This document shows, in pieces, positions 25,139 to 33,708 of a stretch of DNA of 54,914 nt. Each line of letters begins with the position of its first letter. Position 1 is the stretch's first letter. The position numbers and the translations under genes were made by a program. The stretch covers positions 1 to 54,914 of the forward strand of contig JAUPVS010000004.1 of the NCBI GenBank assembly GCA_030916945.1, given 5' to 3'. Source of the DNA: Patescibacteria group bacterium. Lineage in GTDB: Bacteria > Patescibacteriota > Saccharimonadia > Saccharimonadales > JAUPVS01. Below the pieces are notes generated by a model. The model was not told the DNA's origin. It worked only from the letters and a program-made list of their open reading frames with translations, and searched no databases.

Positions 25139-26461
25139 CTAGGGAGTTAACCGGTTGATATCACGCGGGAACAGAGTGGCTTCTTTAACGTTGCTGAGGC
25201 CGACTGTTTTCTCGACCAAGCGATCGATACCGTAGCCACAACCACCGTGTTGCGGTAGACCGTATTTGAAAGCTTGCAAGTAATACTTGAATCCAGGGTC
25301 TTCGACGTCAAGTCCTGCCTTTTTCATCTGGGCAACAAGTTTTTCGTAATGATACTCGCGAAGCGGAACAGTGGCGATTTCGAGGCCACGGAATAATAAG
25401 TCGCCCCACAGAACTGTCTCGGGATCATCTGGGTTGACTTGATGATAGAACTTCATTGCCTCTACCGGGAACTTGGTAGCATATACGAGTTCCGACCCGT
25501 GATTCTTCTTAGCGTAATCACAGATCCAACGTTCTTCGTCAGGTGTTAGGTCCTTCTCTTGGGTCGTGTCGGTCTTCGTTGCCTTGGTGTACAGTTCATG
25601 AATTTCGGCTACGGTAAACTGCGGAACTTTGTCAGAAACGATAAGTTCAGGAGAGTTCAGGCTCTTTAGTTCTTCAGCATATTCTTCATAGATTCGTTTT
25701 AGCGTACTAATCGTCATGTCACCTACGAGATTAAGCACTTCATCATGGTCTTTAACGAAACCCATCTCGATATCAAGCATAGTGACTTCGCTCATATGGC
25801 GCGTTGTGGCGCTTGGTTCAGCCCGGAAAGCTGGACCAATTTCATAAACACGCTCAAAGGCGCCAACCATAATCTGCTTATAAAACTGTGGGCTTTGGGC
25901 GAGACTAGCCTCTTTGCCGAAGTAATCGAGCTTGAAAACTTCAGCACCGCCCTCGGTAGGTTTGGCGAGAATTTTTGGAGTTTGAATTTCTACGAATTCT
26001 CGTTCACTAAGATACTCGCGGATGTACTGGTTAAGCGATGCTCTGATTTTAAAGATCTTCTGTTCCTGCAAGTTGCGTACATTGAGTGCCCTATATTCAA
26101 ATAAAGTATCCAGGTTTTCGGCCTTATGTTGAATTGGTTTATCAATCTCGATTGGTGGTTCGTCGGTTACCGGAACCAAAATAGTTAGTTCGGGGTCATG
26201 CAGTTCGGCGCCACCGGGAGCGCGCGGCTCGGCAACGGCTGTGCCAGTTACTCGCAAGACAGTACCAATTTGCATACCACGTAGTTTTTCGACTTCGTCC
26301 TTATCCTGGACAACTACCTGGGTAAGACCACGGCGATCGCGAATGTTGATAAAGGCTAGGCCGCCCATGAGGCGCTTTTTGTGTAGCCAACCTTCGATAA
26401 GAGTTGGTTTACCAATTTGGTCTTTGACTTGGTCAGATAGAATTCGGCTCATGACAAGCAT
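25139..26461 (-). CDS. aspS: Aspartate--tRNA ligase, archaeal/type-2 form
   Basis: OB-fold N-terminus FINIRDRRGLTQVVV; class II motifs GPAFRAE and GGCGYGIDRLV. About 440 aa with no bacterial GAD insertion. Confidence 0.9.
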   Translation of the reverse strand: MLVMSRILSDQVKDQIGKPTLIEGWLHKKRLMGGLAFINIRDRRGLTQVVVQDKDEVEKLRGMQIGTVLRVTGTAVAEPRAPGGAELHDPELTILVPVTDEPPIEIDKPIQHKAENLDTLFEYRALNVRNLQEQKIFKIRASLNQYIREYLSEREFVEIQTPKILAKPTEGGAEVFKLDYFGKEASLAQSPQFYKQIMVGAFERVYEIGPAFRAEPSATTRHMSEVTMLDIEMGFVKDHDEVLNLVGDMTISTLKRIYEEYAEELKSLNSPELIVSDKVPQFTVAEIHELYTKATKTDTTQEKDLTPDEERWICDYAKKNHGSELVYATKFPVEAMKFYHQVNPDDPETVLWGDLLFRGLEIATVPLREYHYEKLVAQMKKAGLDVEDPGFKYYLQAFKYGLPQHGGCGYGIDRLVEKTVGLSNVKEATLFPRDINRLTP

Positions 26462-26488
26462 TCTAACAGAGGTGGTAATAAATTACTA

Positions 26489-27538
26489 CTATAACTTGTC
26501 GTCTTCTGGGACTTCGGGGTCTTGGTGTTTTTGCTCTTTATGAACCTTAGCCGCCAAACGCGCCGCCACCGCCCGTAGGTCTTCGTATTGATCAAATTCA
26601 TCAACTATCGGCTGGCCAATCACCTGCTCCAAAACGTCTTCGATGGTAACGATGCCGATGACTTCTTCGAAACGGTTAACAACCACAAACAAGTGTCGCT
26701 TGGTTTTAATAAAGGCCTGTAGGGTCTGAAAGAGATTTTGTTCTTCGTGAACATAAACCACATGTTTCTGGTAGATATCCTTAACTTTGCCGCCCTGCTT
26801 CTTTTGCAGCAGGTCGTGCAGATAGAGCACCCCGACCACATTGCTTGGTTTGCCGTCATAAACCGGGAAGCGTGAATGGCCGCTGCTATGCAGTTCACCC
26901 ATCAGAATTGGCCCCAGGCTGTCTTGCAGCTTAACGCTAACAACTTGGCTAACTGGTATAAATATGTCGCGCACCAGCATATCACCAAAACTAAGGGCAT
27001 GAACGGCGATGTCAATTTCTTGCTTAGACATGCGGTTGTCAGTTTGGCGCTCTTGCTGCTCCAGTAGCTCAATGAGGTCTTCTTTTTGGTACAAGTTGGT
27101 GTGTGAAACAAGCGTTGAGTGGTTACGCACAAACTGGCCGCCGGCCTGGAGGGGGGCATGGGCGTAATTTAATATCCAAGCAATGCTCGGCGCTAACCAG
27201 CGAGCTAGCTGGCGGCTAGCGGCTGTGGCTTGCGTGTTGGGCAACCAAGTAAAACCGATCGCAAATAAACCAATAATCGCTAACAAGGCTAGTGGCCATG
27301 GTAACGACCGGGCTACCACATAAAACAGCCCAGCCGTACTCAGAGCCGTTAGTATCCACAGAAATACCTTTAGACTTAGACCATAGGCCACCACGCGGTA
27401 CATTGCCTGAGCACCGGCATCACCAGCCTGGACACGCCGCTTGAGTTCCTTGGCGGGCACCTGCCCATAGGTCTTCTGTAACAGAATACCTAGTAGCGTC
27501 AGCCCGGCTAATAAGGTGATGGTAAAAAGCATGAGCAT
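26489..27538 (-). CDS. CNNM/DUF21 transmembrane domain plus CBS-pair protein (CorC/HlyC-like, lacking the C-terminal CorC domain)
   Basis: N-terminal 3-4 TM, then two CBS motifs (VRDIFIPVSQVVSV..., GHSRFPVYDGKPSNVVGVLYLHDLL, LFVVVNRFEEVIGIVTIEDVLEQVIG). Confidence 0.8.
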   Translation of the reverse strand: MLMLFTITLLAGLTLLGILLQKTYGQVPAKELKRRVQAGDAGAQAMYRVVAYGLSLKVFLWILTALSTAGLFYVVARSLPWPLALLAIIGLFAIGFTWLPNTQATAASRQLARWLAPSIAWILNYAHAPLQAGGQFVRNHSTLVSHTNLYQKEDLIELLEQQERQTDNRMSKQEIDIAVHALSFGDMLVRDIFIPVSQVVSVKLQDSLGPILMGELHSSGHSRFPVYDGKPSNVVGVLYLHDLLQKKQGGKVKDIYQKHVVYVHEEQNLFQTLQAFIKTKRHLFVVVNRFEEVIGIVTIEDVLEQVIGQPIVDEFDQYEDLRAVAARLAAKVHKEQKHQDPEVPEDDKL

Positions 27539-27555
27539 ATATCTAATAGTACCCT

Positions 27556-28215
27556 ATGTTATTATGTATGGACACTATGGATAAACGTTTCTTACTAATC
27601 CTTACCGCCATCATCGTTGTCTTTGTTGGTATCTTTATGTTCGGTAAATCCGACAACTCCTCATCAGGTAACGGGTCGGGTAAAGCTCAGCCCTCAAATC
27701 ATGTAGTCGGCGCCAACACCAAAGGTGTTGCCCTAGTGGAATACGGTGACTACCAGTGCCCAGCCTGTGCCCAGTACTTCCCCATCGTTAAAGAAATCAA
27801 AGCCAAGTATGGTGACCAGATTAGCTTCCGATTTGCTAACTTTCCACTGGTGCAAATTCACCCCAATGCCATGGTGTCGGCCCGGGCCGCCGAAGCCGCC
27901 GGTATGCAAGGTAAGTTCTGGGAGATGCACGACCTGTTGTACGGCAACCAAAGTGCCTGGGCGAGCAGCTCCAATGCCTCGGCAATTTTTGAACAGTACG
28001 CCAAAGATTTAGGGCTTGATGTTAATAAATTCAAACAAGATGCTGCCAGCTCTGGCGTACTCGATGCCATTAACGCCGATACCGCCGAGGTTCAAGCCCT
28101 TGGCGGCGACAGTACGCCTACATTTGTCATCAATGGCAAGAAGATCGAAAACCCAACCTCGCTTGAGGGCTTCACCAAAGCCATCGACGAGGCTATTAAA
28201 AACGCTAACCAATAA
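27556..28215 (+). CDS. DsbA-family thiol:disulfide oxidoreductase (membrane-anchored)
   Basis: Signal anchor, then YGDYQCPACAQYFP (CPAC) and GGDSTPTFVINGK. The start may be the ATG at 27577. Confidence 0.85.
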   Translation: MLLCMDTMDKRFLLILTAIIVVFVGIFMFGKSDNSSSGNGSGKAQPSNHVVGANTKGVALVEYGDYQCPACAQYFPIVKEIKAKYGDQISFRFANFPLVQIHPNAMVSARAAEAAGMQGKFWEMHDLLYGNQSAWASSSNASAIFEQYAKDLGLDVNKFKQDAASSGVLDAINADTAEVQALGGDSTPTFVINGKKIENPTSLEGFTKAIDEAIKNANQ

Positions 28216-28232
28216 AAGACAACCAAACAAAA

Positions 28233-28260
28233 GAGCCCTTCAGTTAAGAGGGCTTCTTTT
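28233..28260. terminator. Bidirectional intrinsic terminator
   Basis: AGCCCT-9 nt-AGGGCT with a T-run on the plus strand (TCTTTT) and on the minus strand (CTTTTGTTT). It serves the DsbA-like gene and the convergent small ORF. Confidence 0.65.
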
Positions 28261-28277
28261 AGGCGTGCGAGCAGTAC

Positions 28278-28370
28278 CTAGTAGACTAGGAACCGTTGCC
28301 ACGATGGGCGCTGCACTTTGACGATCACTCGCTTTTCGGGTGAATTCATAACTTTTACCTTTACAGGCAT
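28278..28370 (-). CDS. Unannotated 30-aa basic small ORF (MPVKVKVMNSPEKRVIVKVQRPSWQRFLVY)
   Basis: Minus strand: GGAGGA, 6-nt spacer, ATG (28370-28368), TAG at 28280-28278, then the bidirectional terminator. Too short for the ORF track. Confidence 0.5.
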   Translation of the reverse strand: MPVKVKVMNSPEKRVIVKVQRPSWQRFLVY

Positions 28371-28599
28371 CTGTTTTCCTCCGGGGCACTCCACATGCCA
28401 GCTGCAAACAGCTTGCTGTACCTTACTTTATTTTTGTTATTTTTTGTCTTCTGCTTGATGTCTATTTTGGACATCTACATACGAAGTCATTACATTCTTG
28501 CACAGCGTGCTTATGCTTGTCAAGCCAATTGGCGCTATGGTGCTGGTAAAACATAAGGTACAATATTGATAACCGTAAGCAAAAAGTTTCAAAATAAAT

Positions 28600-30294
28600 A
28601 TGCACGCAGCCACATTCACCGACCTCAGCATTGTCATCGCCATCGGCGTCTTGATTAGCTTATTTATGCGGTTGATCCGCCAGCCAATGATTATCGGCTA
28701 TATATTGACCGGTGTAATCGTTGGTCCAACTGTTTTACGCGTTATCGACACGACCGAAAGTATCGAGGTCTTCTCGCAGTTTGGTATCGCTCTACTGCTA
28801 CTAATTGTCGGTTTAGGGCTAAACCCCCGAGTCATCAAAGAAGTCGGTAAGATTGCCGCCTTGATTGGGATTGGTAAAGTCGTCCTGGCCACAGCTGGCG
28901 GCTATTTGGTCGGTAGAATGTTTGGCTATTCCGATCTGGCATCCTTGTATATTGGTATTTCGCTATCGTTCTCGAGTACGATTATTATCCTTAAGTTACT
29001 CAGTGATAAAAAAGAACAGAACCGGCTATACGGCAAAATCTCGATTGGTTTCTTGTTGGTCGAGGACCTTATCGCCACCTTAGTTCTGATTGCCGTATCG
29101 GCCACCGGTAACGGTGGTTTTACACTGGTAGATTTCTCAAACCTACTTATAAAGAGCATCCTTTTAATTGGCGGCCTAGTAGTGGTACGTGGCCTTATAC
29201 TGCCCCGCCTTAACAAAATTATTGCTAACTCCCAGGAGTTTTTATTCCTGTTTGCCATCGGTTGGGGGCTTGGTATCGCCACCCTGTTTAGTTGGGCTGG
29301 TTTTTCTTTAGAAATTGGCGCCCTAATTGCCGGCGTTACCTTAGCATCGCTACCTTATGCCCAAGAAATCAGCTCACGTCTTAAACCCTTACGCGACTTT
29401 TTTATCATCCTGTTCTTTATATCACTGGGTTCGCACCTAATTCTGGCAGATGTCGTAGACATACTGCCACGGGCCATATTCCTGTCTGTATTGGTGCTGG
29501 TTGGTAACCCGTTAATCGTCATGACCATCATGGGCCTGTCTGGCTATACCAAGAAAACTAGCTTTAAAGCCGGTATTGCGGGTGCTCAAGTAAGCGAATT
29601 TTCCTTCATTATGCTTCTTTTAGCCAACCAACTGGGCCAAGTCAGTACCGAAGTTCTATCACTGATAACTGTCGTAGCACTGATTACTGTAGCGGTTTCT
29701 AGTTACGTAATTATCTACTCCGATCAACTCTACAACTACTTCGAGCGCTACTTAGTAATGTTTGAGCGCAAAAAAGTACGCTCGGAACGTGAACACCGCG
29801 AGCACTACGAGCTAGTCCTGTTTGGTTACCATAAAGGCGGGCGCGAGTTCCTGCATATCTTCGAACAGCTCAACAAGAAACATGTGGTAGTCGACTATGA
29901 CCCCAGTGTTATAGATATCCTAGACGGTAAGCAGACGCCTTACGTGTATGGTGATGTGACAGACATGGAATTACTTTCCGAGATCAACCTGGAGGCTTCT
30001 AAACTGATTGTTTCAGTTATAACCGACTTCCCTACCAACAAATTCCTGGCCCAATGGCTAGCCACTCATAACCCCCGCGCGGTCTTTATTAGCACCGCCG
30101 ACAGCATTGAACAAGCCGCCGAACTGTATGAACTAGGCGTTTCCTATGTCGTCCTACCGCACTTCTTGGGAACCGAGAAGATCGGTACTTTCATCAAGCA
30201 CAGTGGCCTTAAGAAAAGTGAGTTTAAACAGTATCGCGAAAAACACCTGGTTTACTTGCAAACTCACTTTGAAGAGTTTAATCAGTCCGAATAA
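28600..30294 (+). CDS. Monovalent cation:proton antiporter (CPA2/Kef-type) with a C-terminal RCK/TrkA-N domain
   Basis: About 12 TM Na_H_exchanger-like core followed by a Rossmann-like segment (ELVLFGYHKGGREF...VVVDYD). Confidence 0.85.
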   Translation: MHAATFTDLSIVIAIGVLISLFMRLIRQPMIIGYILTGVIVGPTVLRVIDTTESIEVFSQFGIALLLLIVGLGLNPRVIKEVGKIAALIGIGKVVLATAGGYLVGRMFGYSDLASLYIGISLSFSSTIIILKLLSDKKEQNRLYGKISIGFLLVEDLIATLVLIAVSATGNGGFTLVDFSNLLIKSILLIGGLVVVRGLILPRLNKIIANSQEFLFLFAIGWGLGIATLFSWAGFSLEIGALIAGVTLASLPYAQEISSRLKPLRDFFIILFFISLGSHLILADVVDILPRAIFLSVLVLVGNPLIVMTIMGLSGYTKKTSFKAGIAGAQVSEFSFIMLLLANQLGQVSTEVLSLITVVALITVAVSSYVIIYSDQLYNYFERYLVMFERKKVRSEREHREHYELVLFGYHKGGREFLHIFEQLNKKHVVVDYDPSVIDILDGKQTPYVYGDVTDMELLSEINLEASKLIVSVITDFPTNKFLAQWLATHNPRAVFISTADSIEQAAELYELGVSYVVLPHFLGTEKIGTFIKHSGLKKSEFKQYREKHLVYLQTHFEEFNQSE

Positions 30295-30833
30295 AGTTGG
30301 TTGGCGCTAATATATTGGGCGACAGTGTCGGGCACCACGGTTGCCATTTGCGCAGCCGGTAGACTACGAACATTAGATGATGCCAGGTCCGATAAGCCAG
30401 TGGTGACCTGTTGGTGCTCGATTGGTATGGGCGAACTGTCATCACCGTCTCTTTGTCCCACGATAAACTTAACGCGCGAAGCCAGCTGATCAAAGCCTGG
30501 CCATTCATGTAATCTTTTGAACAGATCCGTCCCCATTAGTAGATGGATTTCGGCGTCCTTAAATTTTTCTTCTAGCCAAGGCAGAGTTTCGGCGACCGAG
30601 AATGTCTGATGGTCAAGTTCCAATAATTCTAGATCCTGGTGTTCGCGCAAGGCCAGCCACATCATGTTGAGTCGGTGTCTGATATCAAGGTGTTTGGTTT
30701 TGCGGCGCGGTTGCGGTTCTACTAAAAAGTAGACCTTATCAAGGCCGTGATCATGTTTGGCTTTTTTAGCAAAAGAGATATGCCCGTGGTGGACAGGGTC
30801 AAAAACGCCAGAGTAGATCCCAATTTTTTTCAT
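30282..30833 (-). CDS. nadD: Nicotinate-nucleotide adenylyltransferase
   Basis: GIYSGVFDPVHHGHISFA (the (H/T)xGH nucleotidyltransferase motif) and a length of about 183 aa. It starts 8 nt after the upstream 465-aa gene. Confidence 0.85.
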   Translation of the reverse strand: MKKIGIYSGVFDPVHHGHISFAKKAKHDHGLDKVYFLVEPQPRRKTKHLDIRHRLNMMWLALREHQDLELLELDHQTFSVAETLPWLEEKFKDAEIHLLMGTDLFKRLHEWPGFDQLASRVKFIVGQRDGDDSSPIPIEHQQVTTGLSDLASSNVRSLPAAQMATVVPDTVAQYISANQLYSD

Positions 30834-30841
30834 ACTTATGC

Positions 30842-32239
30842 TTACGCTGCCTTTATTGTACTATCTTCTTTGTCTTTATCGCTAGATTCCGTATCGCGAA
30901 CCTTCAGCATCATTTCTATCAATGATACCTTGGTGGGATCATCACCGTGGTCAAACGCAGCCTGGCACTGCTTGCAGACACTGCAAGGTCCGACTTCGGT
31001 TTTACCGGGTCGGGTAGGACAAGCCTCGACTCGGCAAATGCCCTTCTTCCACTTAATGTCGGCTTCGCCCTTTTCGAGCAACTCGCCTAGTTCATTGACT
31101 TTCAGACCAAGTTCTTTGGCATCCTTAATAGCAATCTCCATGCCGCAAAATACAATCGTCTGCTTCATAAAGCTATGGGCTTCTAGGTAATGGGCGGCTT
31201 GAACATGATCACCCCGCTGCACCATGAGGGCGGCCTCGTTAAACACCGCAACCGCCGCCTTGCCATAGGTAGCTTCGGTGTACTCGGGGTGAAGCAAACA
31301 GACGGCATCGAGGATGCGTTCAATTTCGCCTTCAAATATGGCCGATGATTCAGCCGCCGAGAGTTCGCCAGAATATACTTTACTCTTTAGCTGTTCTTCT
31401 AAATCGGCTAAGCCATCAATGTAACACTCGATATCCTTTTCACGACGGGCCGATTCTTGACGGAGCTGGTCGTAGCCAACATGACGCTTACTAGCTTCCG
31501 GCAGGTCACCGTACAACACGTTGACGCCGGCATACTTATCTAGAGTTCTCTGAATACTAACCACGCCATCAATAAAGTCACGCCGGGTGTGCAAGAAGGG
31601 CGCTTTAAGGGCAGCCACATCTGGGGCTTCGCGCTGATCATATGGGATTTCCTTGTCTTCCAAAAAGCGCAATGTGGTATCTGGGCCACTATTGCTCCGG
31701 CTGACCTGTTCAATAACCCTAGTCAAGGAACCGTCGGCGTTAAAGCGTAAGCCAGTCGAGCGAGCCATGCCTTTGCCATTGCTATATCGATAGCCAATGC
31801 CTTTCATAACGACTACCGGGATATCCGACACAACCGCCACTTCGGTGTCAGCCGGCAAAATACCGCACACTATTGCTTGGTGCGTTTCTTGGACAACTAG
31901 CTCTTCACAGATTTCGGCAAAACGACGCTTCTTTTCGTGCTCCGGCAAATTATCATTCCAGCCATTGAGTAAACGACTCATAACCTGCTGATTAATCTCA
32001 TCTAAGCTGCCTGTAATTTCGACCACCGAAAGATGGCCCGACAACGTCATTGCCTCCATTAGGGCAGTACGGGCATTATCGCGATACTCTGCTCTGTATA
32101 CCGGAACTTCGGGTTGTTCGTTACGCGAATCGATCAATTCCTGGGCACGAGCTTCGATAGCGGCTTGGTCAAGCAAAAAATCGCCGCCAGCGACTGCTTC
32201 GACCGCCCTAACTTCTTCTATTACCCCTGTCTCACCCAT
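30842..32239 (-). CDS. Uncharacterised 465-aa soluble protein with a C-terminal Cys cluster (zinc-ribbon-like), downstream of a cobalamin-riboswitch-like leader
   Basis: Long ORF with no TM and no motif I recognise. C-terminus ICRVEACPTRPGKTEVGPCSVCKQCQ (CxxxC-x12-CxxCxxC). The SD-like GAGG sits inside the leader terminator stem. Confidence 0.75.
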   Translation of the reverse strand: MGETGVIEEVRAVEAVAGGDFLLDQAAIEARAQELIDSRNEQPEVPVYRAEYRDNARTALMEAMTLSGHLSVVEITGSLDEINQQVMSRLLNGWNDNLPEHEKKRRFAEICEELVVQETHQAIVCGILPADTEVAVVSDIPVVVMKGIGYRYSNGKGMARSTGLRFNADGSLTRVIEQVSRSNSGPDTTLRFLEDKEIPYDQREAPDVAALKAPFLHTRRDFIDGVVSIQRTLDKYAGVNVLYGDLPEASKRHVGYDQLRQESARREKDIECYIDGLADLEEQLKSKVYSGELSAAESSAIFEGEIERILDAVCLLHPEYTEATYGKAAVAVFNEAALMVQRGDHVQAAHYLEAHSFMKQTIVFCGMEIAIKDAKELGLKVNELGELLEKGEADIKWKKGICRVEACPTRPGKTEVGPCSVCKQCQAAFDHGDDPTKVSLIEMMLKVRDTESSDKDKEDSTIKAA

Positions 32240-32240
32240 T

Positions 32241-32381
32241 AAAAACCCTCGTTCTGCCGAGCGAGGGGGTGGCTAAAAAGCCTGCGACTCCTGCTCGGGA
32301 GATTTTACTACCGTGTCTGGCTTACAGATATTATCTGCTTACAGTTGCGGCACAGCCTGGGATTCGCACCCAATTCCGGTA
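32241..32381 (-). promoter_or_regulatory. Candidate cobalamin (B12) riboswitch, compact class-II-like aptamer plus terminator/SD-sequestering expression platform
   Basis: Minus-strand RNA: UACCG GAAUUGGGUGCGAAUCCCAGGCUGUGCCGCAACUGUAAGCAGAUAAUAUCUGUAAGCCAGACA CGGUA. From memory, this matches the conserved cobalamin core strings (GGUGnGAAUCC hairpin, CUGUnCCGCAACUGUAAGC, AGCCAG..AC B12-box-like). CCCUCG-N10-CGAGGG-UUUUU follows, ending 2 nt before the AUG. Confidence 0.6.
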
Positions 32382-32449
32382 TGTTGCTTGTGAATGTCTT
32401 AATTTTATCACGTTGAGCTTACGCTACATGTAGTAGAATAGACAGCCCT

Positions 32450-33253
32450 TTAGGCACCAAAGGCCAGTGCCAATAAGACGACTACGCTCAGCCCGAGTCG
32501 GTAATAAGCAAACACCGATAGACTGTGGCCAGCCAGATAACGTAGCATAAACCTGATAGCAAATAAGCCGCTCAAAAAGGCCGCTAAAATACCAGCCACA
32601 AACACCGACTTATCATCACTTAACTGCTGTAAGGCAGCACTGTCGGTAAAGACTTTTAGAATCGCGCCGGCTGTGATGGGAATACCGAGCAAGAACGAGA
32701 ACCTGGTGGCCGCCACCCGGTCCATACCTGTAAATAGTCCGGCGGTGATGGTGCTACCAGAACGTGATACCCCGGGCACGATGGCAGCGGCCTGGCTGAT
32801 ACCCATGATAATGGCCTGTTTGCGCGTCACCTTGTCTAGTTTGGTGGGCTTTTTGACGCGCGAATGGTAATACTGCTCGGCCCAAAGCATCAACAGCGCT
32901 ACTAAGGCCAGATTTATTGCCACTAACTTGGGCGAGCGAAAGGCCGACTCGGCCGAACTCTCCAGCAATACACCAACAATTACGGCCGGTATGGTCGCCA
33001 CCACGAGCAGCCAGGCCAGTCGGGTCTGAGGCGTTTTTACAAATAAACTCTTAGCAATGATTACCAGTTCTTTGTTGAAATAGAGCAACAAGGCCATCAG
33101 CGTGCCTACATGCAGAGCAACATCAAAGCTCAAACCAGTCTGGGTTACACCAAAAAAGTGATGCGCCAGAACCAAGTGGCCAGAGCTCGAAACTGGTACG
33201 AACTCGGTAAAACCTTGGATCAGTCCAAGTATGATAGCTTGCAGGATTGTCAT
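32450..33253 (-). CDS. uppP: Undecaprenyl-diphosphate phosphatase (BacA/UppP)
   Basis: ILGLIQGFTEFVPVSSSGHL and PGVSRSGSTI motifs; 8-TM layout. Confidence 0.9.
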   Translation of the reverse strand: MTILQAIILGLIQGFTEFVPVSSSGHLVLAHHFFGVTQTGLSFDVALHVGTLMALLLYFNKELVIIAKSLFVKTPQTRLAWLLVVATIPAVIVGVLLESSAESAFRSPKLVAINLALVALLMLWAEQYYHSRVKKPTKLDKVTRKQAIIMGISQAAAIVPGVSRSGSTITAGLFTGMDRVAATRFSFLLGIPITAGAILKVFTDSAALQQLSDDKSVFVAGILAAFLSGLFAIRFMLRYLAGHSLSVFAYYRLGLSVVVLLALAFGA

Positions 33254-33255
33254 TG

Positions 33256-33708
33256 CTACTTAGTATAGCGTTTTTTAAGCAAAGTTAAACGGGGTACAAA
33301 GCTTTGGGCGGCGCCTTCTAAACCAAGGACCTTGAGCGAACCAACCAACACATATAGTTGGTCAATTTCGATAGGCTTAAGGCGACTGTTCTGTTCGGCC
33401 TGGGCAAAGTAGTAGTCAACCTTTTCGACCAGCCACTTCTCTTCACCAGGCTTAATCTGATTTGAAGCCACGCTGGTGGTCTTTGGCGTCTGCACGACTT
33501 CTAGCGAGCGGGCTTCGTTGTCGCGTTTCTGTAGGTGACCACGTTTTATCAGGCTATTAACATGCAGAGCCACCGTCGCCACCGAAGTATAGTCCAGGCT
33601 GGTCATGATCTCGCGGTAACTTGGGCTGTAGCCATGTTCGGCAATGAAAGCCTCGATAAAGGATAGTAGTTCTTTCTGTTTTTTGGTGGGACGAGTAGTT
33701 TCAGGCAT
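33256..33708 (-). CDS. LexA-type winged-helix DNA-binding domain protein lacking the S24 peptidase domain
   Basis: From the ATG at 33708: TKKQKELLSFIEAFIAEHGYSPSYREIMTSLDYTSVATVALHVNSLIKRGHL matches a LexA N-terminal domain. The C-terminal ~75 aa have no Ser-Lys peptidase motifs. It overlaps the GtrA stop by 8 nt. Confidence 0.75.
   Translation of the reverse strand: MPETTRPTKKQKELLSFIEAFIAEHGYSPSYREIMTSLDYTSVATVALHVNSLIKRGHLQKRDNEARSLEVVQTPKTTSVASNQIKPGEEKWLVEKVDYYFAQAEQNSRLKPIEIDQLYVLVGSLKVLGLEGAAQSFVPRLTLLKKRYTK

Noticed and set aside
9301-28260. Shared 14-nt AAAAGAGCCCTTCA at two terminators (9301 and 28228) as a possible dispersed repeat element
   Set aside because: The identity is limited to the terminator stem context, and the flanks are unrelated. 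Convergent GC-stem terminator sequence is the most likely explanation, not a mobile repeat.
28437-28643. 68-aa minus-strand ORF upstream of the CPA2 gene
   Set aside because: It overlaps the CPA2 start codon and its AT-rich promoter region, and it has no SD. The strongly signalled 30-aa ORF further downstream is the better minus-strand candidate.
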